Shown here: positions 35,610 to 40,394 of the stretch, piece by piece | Position numbering within the stretch: the first letter of the stretch is position 1 | Layout of the letters: each line of letters starts with the position of its first letter | Assembly: GCA_026413685.1 (NCBI GenBank) | Contig: JAOAKK010000003.1 | Span: forward strand, 1-40,394 | Source: Candidatus Micrarchaeota archaeon | GTDB lineage: Archaea; Micrarchaeota; Micrarchaeia; CAILAH01 | DNA: 40,394 nt | Direction: 5' to 3' | The notes under the pieces: model-generated | What the model was told of the DNA's origin: nothing | Seen by the model: the letters and a program-made list of their open reading frames with translations, nothing else | The model's database searches: none | Translations under genes and position numbers: made by a program

Positions 35610-36950
35610 TTATGATATCTGCTCGCCAATCTCTTTTCCGAATCTTTCTAAGAACACGTTAAGCTTGTCCGCCTCGATTGTCGCACCCGCAGCAATATCG
35701 TGGCCGCCACCAACCCCTATCCCGTTGCACGATTTCTCAAGTGATTTCCCAAGGTTCAGGCCTTTTGCAATGAGTGCTCGCGTCCCCCTGCTGCTGAGCT
35801 TAATCTTTCCTTCTGCATCAAGTGCAATCGCAAGCACGGGCTTTTCAGGAGGTATTATGCTGTAGAGCATCCCCGCAACAATACCAATAATCCCATCATC
35901 AATCATCCCGCGCCCATCAACAAAGTAGAACGGCCCCATATCAACAACAGATTTCTGTGCGTATTCAATGCCGTCACGCAGCTGTTTCCTGTGCAGCTCG
36001 AGCAGTGCCTGCGCCCTTTGGTATGCGCCTTCCATCTTCAGCATGACCGCAACTCCAATATCAGGCTCGTTATGCCTGCCGCACGCATTTAGCAGTGTTG
36101 AGAATTCGCTCGCATCGCGCATCTCCGTCCTAGGCGGATATGTAAGGAGCTCGTAAACCTCACCAATAATCGAGCCGGCATCCCTCTTATGTCCTTTCTC
36201 ATAAAGGTAGGAGACGAGCGCAGAGCGCAGGCGCATCTTTTCATCCTCGCTCAAGCCCATGTATGACCTCCACTTGCCTTCAGCATCCTTTACGGCAATG
36301 CCTATCTTCTCATAAAAATCAAGCACGTTGCTCTCATTCCCCGTCAGCCCTGGCAGGAACGGCTCTGTTGAGTATAAGAGGAATGGCACAAGCGGCCTGC
36401 TCACCCTACCAAACATGCAAATATCCTTGTAGGCGTTAACATAACCTCCAGCTATCCCTTCCTCAAGCATTTTCTTGTTCCAGCCGTATAAAGGCGCCTG
36501 CACGTCACCCACCGCACCAACAATGCCAATGGGCGCAAGCTCCGGCAACCCAAACGTGAAATATGCAGTTGACGCGCCGCTCAGCTCACGCGAGCCGTCA
36601 ATCCCAAACAGCCTGGGATTAACCTGCAGGATTGGGCCTTCCTCGCATAAGTGATGGTCAATTATTACAATGCGTCGCTTGCCCATTTTTGATAGCTCTT
36701 CCTGCACGCTTCCGCCAAAGTCCGCGAGTATCACATCACGCTCTTTCCTTTTTGCAATCTCCTCAAGCTCTTTTTGTGCAAGCTTCCTGAAGCACAGGCG
36801 CGAGTATCCTTTTCCCATTTTTTCAAGCGCCGCTGCAACAAGCGCACCGCTGCTTATCCCATCCGCATCATAATGGTGGACTATGAGCACATCATCCATC
36901 CTGCTTATTTCCTCACGAGCCTCTTTGCACCTGGCAAGAAAGCTGCCCAT
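35610..36950 (-). CDS. DHH-family phosphoesterase, archaeal RecJ/Cdc45 (GAN-like)
   Basis: HHYDADG, ADFG, IIDHH, GAVGD, EFSTLLNACGR, SSRG, GGGHDIAAGA. Start ATG 36950 or TTG 36971. Confidence 0.9.
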   Translation of the reverse strand: MGSFLARCKEAREEISRMDDVLIVHHYDADGISSGALVAAALEKMGKGYSRLCFRKLAQKELEEIAKRKERDVILADFGGSVQEELSKMGKRRIVIIDHHLCEEGPILQVNPRLFGIDGSRELSGASTAYFTFGLPELAPIGIVGAVGDVQAPLYGWNKKMLEEGIAGGYVNAYKDICMFGRVSRPLVPFLLYSTEPFLPGLTGNESNVLDFYEKIGIAVKDAEGKWRSYMGLSEDEKMRLRSALVSYLYEKGHKRDAGSIIGEVYELLTYPPRTEMRDASEFSTLLNACGRHNEPDIGVAVMLKMEGAYQRAQALLELHRKQLRDGIEYAQKSVVDMGPFYFVDGRGMIDDGIIGIVAGMLYSIIPPEKPVLAIALDAEGKIKLSSRGTRALIAKGLNLGKSLEKSCNGIGVGGGHDIAAGATIEADKLNVFLERFGKEIGEQIS

Positions 36951-37003
36951 AACACAAAGTTCGGTTTCCAAGGTTTAATAATTATTCGCTTTATATACGA
37001 CCA

Positions 37004-37657
37004 ATGGAAAAGTTCTGGATTGGCTTCACAGCGTATATGGTGCTTTCACTATTCCTGGTTGCGTTCGCTTTTGGGGGGCCAATAGCAGCACATCTGGGTT
37101 ATGCAGATGTGGCAAAAGGCCTTTACACTGCAGGTGCACCCTTGTGCCACCAGTGGGTTTACAGGTCATATTGCATTTTTAGCACGGGGAGTGCATGGCT
37201 TCTTGAGGAGTGCATCCCACACTCACATAACGGCACGGTAACAGTACGCACGATGTTTACACCAGCATCACACGCGTGGGATGGCATATTCTCATATTCA
37301 ACATCACAGCTTGGCAGGAACAGGGGTGAGATGGTTGAGCGTGACGGCATGGTAGGGTACAAGCTGGTTGTATGCTCACGCGACACGGCAATCTATCTTG
37401 GGATGGTTTTTGCAGGCATAGCGTTCCTTTACATCCGCAGGCATATTCGTGAAACGCCTTCGCTATGGCTGCTCCTCATAGGGCTTATGCCGATGGGAAT
37501 AGACGGGACAGGGCAGCTGCTTGGGCTGTGGGAAAGCACAAACACTATACGCAGCTTGACGGGATTTGTTGCTGGCGCGTTTGTGGGATTCTATCTCATC
37601 TCCCTGCTTTCAGACATAATAGCAAAATATGATTCACGGCGTGAAATTAGAAAATAA
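37004..37657 (+). CDS. DUF2085-like membrane protein
   Basis: CHQ..RS, CSRDTAIYLG, PMGIDGTGQLLGLWESTN..R.LTG; several TM helices. Confidence 0.82.
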   Translation: MEKFWIGFTAYMVLSLFLVAFAFGGPIAAHLGYADVAKGLYTAGAPLCHQWVYRSYCIFSTGSAWLLEECIPHSHNGTVTVRTMFTPASHAWDGIFSYSTSQLGRNRGEMVERDGMVGYKLVVCSRDTAIYLGMVFAGIAFLYIRRHIRETPSLWLLLIGLMPMGIDGTGQLLGLWESTNTIRSLTGFVAGAFVGFYLISLLSDIIAKYDSRREIRK

Positions 37658-37728
37658 CCCTCTCGTCATTTGTCGTAAAAAAACGTGCTTTGGAAGTATT
37701 TTTAAGCATTGCGTGGTCTTAACTTCGT

Positions 37729-39144
37729 ATGCCTCTCTCATTTGAGAACACTTCTGAGATTAAGATACCTCAAAGCCCTCTTGAGAGGGTAATCGGGCAG
37801 GAGCACGTTCTTGAGATTGCACACATTGTTGCAAAGCAGAGGAGGCACTTGCTCTTGGTCGGACCGCCCGGCACAGGCAAAAGCTTCATCGCAAACACGA
37901 TTTCTTCAGCATTGCCCAGGCCAACGCAACAGGTTGCAGTATTGGGCAATCCGGAAAACCCTGACAGGCCAATCCTTGAAATCAAGACTGCTGAGGATAT
38001 TGAGCGCGAGAAAAAGGAAATTCTCAAGGCAAGGCTCATCGACCCGCGCGATGCGCCATACTATGTTTCTGAGCGGCTTGGGTTCAGGTGCAGGAAATGC
38101 GGCACAATAAGCGATCCCGAATCAAACATCTGCCTTTATTGCGGTGCTGAGAAATACAGGCGCAACCGCAACATTGAGGATATGTTCTCAAGCGCACCGC
38201 GGATATCGCGTGATGACAAGGTGCTCATGAAAAGAGTTACTCCTGAAGGCAAGGAGGAAGAGCTTACGTATGAGCGTGCGGGTGCAAAGGTGAAGGTGTA
38301 CAAGAATAAGCCGCGCGCATTGGGCGAGCAGCAAAGGAAAGTGCTTGTGCATCTTGACAGGAATACGTTTGTGCAGGCCACGGGCGCTTCCGAGTCAGAG
38401 CTGCTTGGTGATGTGAGGCACGACCCATACGGCGGGCATAAGGATATCGGGATCCCTCCGCATGAGCGTGTTGTCCCGGGCGCAATACACGAGGCGCATG
38501 AGGGTGTGCTGTTTATAGATGAGCTGTCCACGCTTGGCGAGCTGCAGAGATACCTGCTTACTGCAATGCAGGAGAAAAAGTTCCCCATAATGGGCAGGAA
38601 CTCGACAAGCACGGGTGCAGTGGTCAGGGTTGACAATGTGCCATGTGATTTCATACTGGTTGGTGCTGTCAACATAAACGATGTCCACGCAATCCTGCCA
38701 CCACTGCGCTCACGCATCATAGGTTCCGGGTATGAGGTGTTGCTGAATACCGTAATGCCAGACACTGAAAGGAACCGTGAGAAAATGGTGCAGTTCATTG
38801 CACAGGAGATTGCAAAGGATGGTCGCATACCTCATGCATCTTACGGTGCGTGCATGCGCATAATTGATGAGTCAAAGCTGCGCGCAAAGCAGATGGATGG
38901 CAAGGATGGCCTAACCTTAAGGCTGCGTGACTTGAGCGGCATCATAAAAATGGCAGGGGATATTGCAATATTTGATGGAGCCCAGCTAATTGAGAAAGAG
39001 CATGTTGAGCGGGCAATCAAGCGTGCGCAGTCAATAGAGGAGCAGCTTCTTGATACATATGGCAGTGCATTCCGTGCAGGGCAGAGTGATTATGCAGCTC
39101 TTTCAAGGAGCAAGAGCAGAGGCTATGCAAGCGAAGTAAGGTAA
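37729..39144 (+). CDS. archaeal LonB-related AAA+ ATPase lacking the protease domain
   Basis: VIGQE, GPPGTGKS, LLGDVRHDPYGG, PGAIHEAHEGVLFIDE, PCDFILV, LRSRI..GYEV, LTLRLRDL; CRKC..CLYC insert; stops at 471 aa. Confidence 0.88.
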   Translation: MPLSFENTSEIKIPQSPLERVIGQEHVLEIAHIVAKQRRHLLLVGPPGTGKSFIANTISSALPRPTQQVAVLGNPENPDRPILEIKTAEDIEREKKEILKARLIDPRDAPYYVSERLGFRCRKCGTISDPESNICLYCGAEKYRRNRNIEDMFSSAPRISRDDKVLMKRVTPEGKEEELTYERAGAKVKVYKNKPRALGEQQRKVLVHLDRNTFVQATGASESELLGDVRHDPYGGHKDIGIPPHERVVPGAIHEAHEGVLFIDELSTLGELQRYLLTAMQEKKFPIMGRNSTSTGAVVRVDNVPCDFILVGAVNINDVHAILPPLRSRIIGSGYEVLLNTVMPDTERNREKMVQFIAQEIAKDGRIPHASYGACMRIIDESKLRAKQMDGKDGLTLRLRDLSGIIKMAGDIAIFDGAQLIEKEHVERAIKRAQSIEEQLLDTYGSAFRAGQSDYAALSRSKSRGYASEVR

Positions 39145-39162
39145 TTTAACACGGGTATTGTG

Positions 39163-39978
39163 ATGCATGGAAAGCAGGGTGCAAGCCACTCAAGCGGAGT
39201 TGCAGATTCTGTTTATTCGTTTTATTCTGAATACCCCTACCCTCTCGTATACCCTTTCTCTAAACGGCATGAACAGCTGATGAGAAAGTTCATACGGATG
39301 TGGGGGCTTAGGTGCGAGAGTGAGTTAAAAGGCCTCTCAATCCTTGATGCTGGCTGCGGGACGGGTGAAAAATCAGTCTACCTTGCATCATTGGGTGCAA
39401 GCGTCACAGCGCTTGATATCAACAAAACACAATTGTCATATGCGCAAGCGCTGGCAAGGAGGCACAGGGTTGGCGAGAAAATAAAATTTGTGTGCGCAGA
39501 CATACTTGCACTTGATTTGAATGATAAGTTTGACCTGGTCCTGTGCAGTGGCGTGCTCCATCATACACCGGATGTGCGCCTTGGGTTTTCACGCCTCGCA
39601 AGGCATCTCAGGCAGGATGGCCGCATTCTCATAGGCCTGTATAATAAATACAGCAGGATTCACTATAGGCTGCTTAGGTGGGCACTCCACAAAGCGTATG
39701 GCAACGACCCAAAAAGGATAATGGAGTTTGTGAACGGCTTCCCACTTTCATTTCTTTTGCGCGGCAAAGCATCGCAACAGACGCTTTATGACCGGTATGC
39801 AATCCCTTATGAGTCGTATCACTCGTTAAGGGAAATACGCGAGATGTTTAGGGATAATAACATAAGCATAATGCATGTTTCCCCTCCAATTTTGTTTGAC
39901 AACGATATGATATCCCAGCTCTCCTGGCTTATAAAAGGAAAGTCGTTTTTTATGGTCTCTGGGAAAAGGCATCAATAA
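39163..39978 (+). CDS. class I SAM-dependent methyltransferase
   Basis: FYSEYPYP, ILDAGCGTG, ALDIN, FDLVLCSGVLHHTPD. Confidence 0.88.
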   Translation: MHGKQGASHSSGVADSVYSFYSEYPYPLVYPFSKRHEQLMRKFIRMWGLRCESELKGLSILDAGCGTGEKSVYLASLGASVTALDINKTQLSYAQALARRHRVGEKIKFVCADILALDLNDKFDLVLCSGVLHHTPDVRLGFSRLARHLRQDGRILIGLYNKYSRIHYRLLRWALHKAYGNDPKRIMEFVNGFPLSFLLRGKASQQTLYDRYAIPYESYHSLREIREMFRDNNISIMHVSPPILFDNDMISQLSWLIKGKSFFMVSGKRHQ

Positions 39979-40008
39979 ATATTTTATTCCATAACTAATT
40001 ATGTGGGC

Positions 40009-40394
40009 ATGCCTGGTTTTAATATTATAAGGGTGGCGGTAACAGCATTGCTTTTATTGAATATTATTGCTTATGCGGCCGAATGCCCGGTGATAATTGC
40101 GCCTGGGAATTATGTATTAGCTTCTAACCTTTCAGGAGCACCTCATTTTTTGCCTCACCTTTATGGCAATGTTTGCGTTTATATTTCTTCTTCAGATGTT
40201 GTTTTTGATTGCAATAATTACGTAATAAACGGAGAAAGCGCACCGCCAGGGCTTCCTTCATTTGGAGTTTATGTTGAAGAGCTTTACAATAACGTGACAA
40301 TAAAAAATTGCAATGTTAAGTCATATAATTATGGCATATTCTCACAAACCTCAAACTTCGTGCATATAATAGGAAACAAGGTTGATAACTGTAC
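40009..40394 (+). CDS. secreted NosD/beta-helix protein, N-terminal part (3' truncated by window edge); paralog of 19444..21597
   Basis: Hand translation from ATG 40009: MPGFNIIRVAVTALLLLNIIAYAAECPVIIAPGNYVLASNLSGAP..VCVYISSSDVVFDCNNYVING..NVTIKNC..YNYGI; open to the window end; not in the ORF track. Confidence 0.82.
   Translation, partial: MPGFNIIRVAVTALLLLNIIAYAAECPVIIAPGNYVLASNLSGAPHFLPHLYGNVCVYISSSDVVFDCNNYVINGESAPPGLPSFGVYVEELYNNVTIKNCNVKSYNYGIFSQTSNFVHIIGNKVDNC

Noticed and set aside
5998-38828. Long antisense ORFs such as 5998..6726, 9393..10103, 22826..23530, 27340..27975, 29517..30179 and 38136..38828
   Set aside because: Ser/Phe-rich shadow frames opposite well-supported genes, with no independent motifs.
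1-40394. CRISPR arrays, tRNA/rRNA genes, transposases, integrases, defence systems
   Set aside because: No regularly spaced repeats, cloverleaf or T-loop signatures in intergenic gaps, or matching protein motifs seen by eye; a tRNAscan/Infernal run would be needed to exclude small RNAs fully.

Overview
Gene-dense, roughly 48% GC (by eye) archaeal chromosomal window, mostly housekeeping. Archaeal markers include RFC-L, Pelota, ABCE1, Hjc, Trm5-family methyltransferase, archaeal PyrH, RNase HII with a PIP box and a DHH/RecJ-Cdc45-like protein. TATA boxes often sit about 29 nt before start codons. The compact layout and orphan or surface proteins suggest a DPANN lineage such as Micrarchaeota (inference). 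About 36 CDS are supported. The ORF track misses an RNase P RNA on the minus strand (about 10544-10874). Folded by hand, it has a reduced type-M-like core (no P6/P8/P16/P17, P15 only a 4-bp UUUU hairpin) together with a long P3 and a P19. Other notable items: an Rqc2/NFACT protein that ends cleanly in mid coiled-coil (candidate split ribosome quality-control factor); a divergent Pelota-YkgJ / ABCE1 locus; a Lon-type AAA+ ATPase with a Zn-ribbon and no protease domain; a bacterial-type single-knuckle MetRS; a GT4 gene with an in-frame TGA in its apparent N-terminus; a monothiol DsbC/GILT-like protein; an ankyrin protein; two paralogous beta-helix surface proteins; and two small ORFs. I saw no tRNA, rRNA, CRISPR array, transposase or intein. 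All calls come from motif reading by eye, with no database searches.
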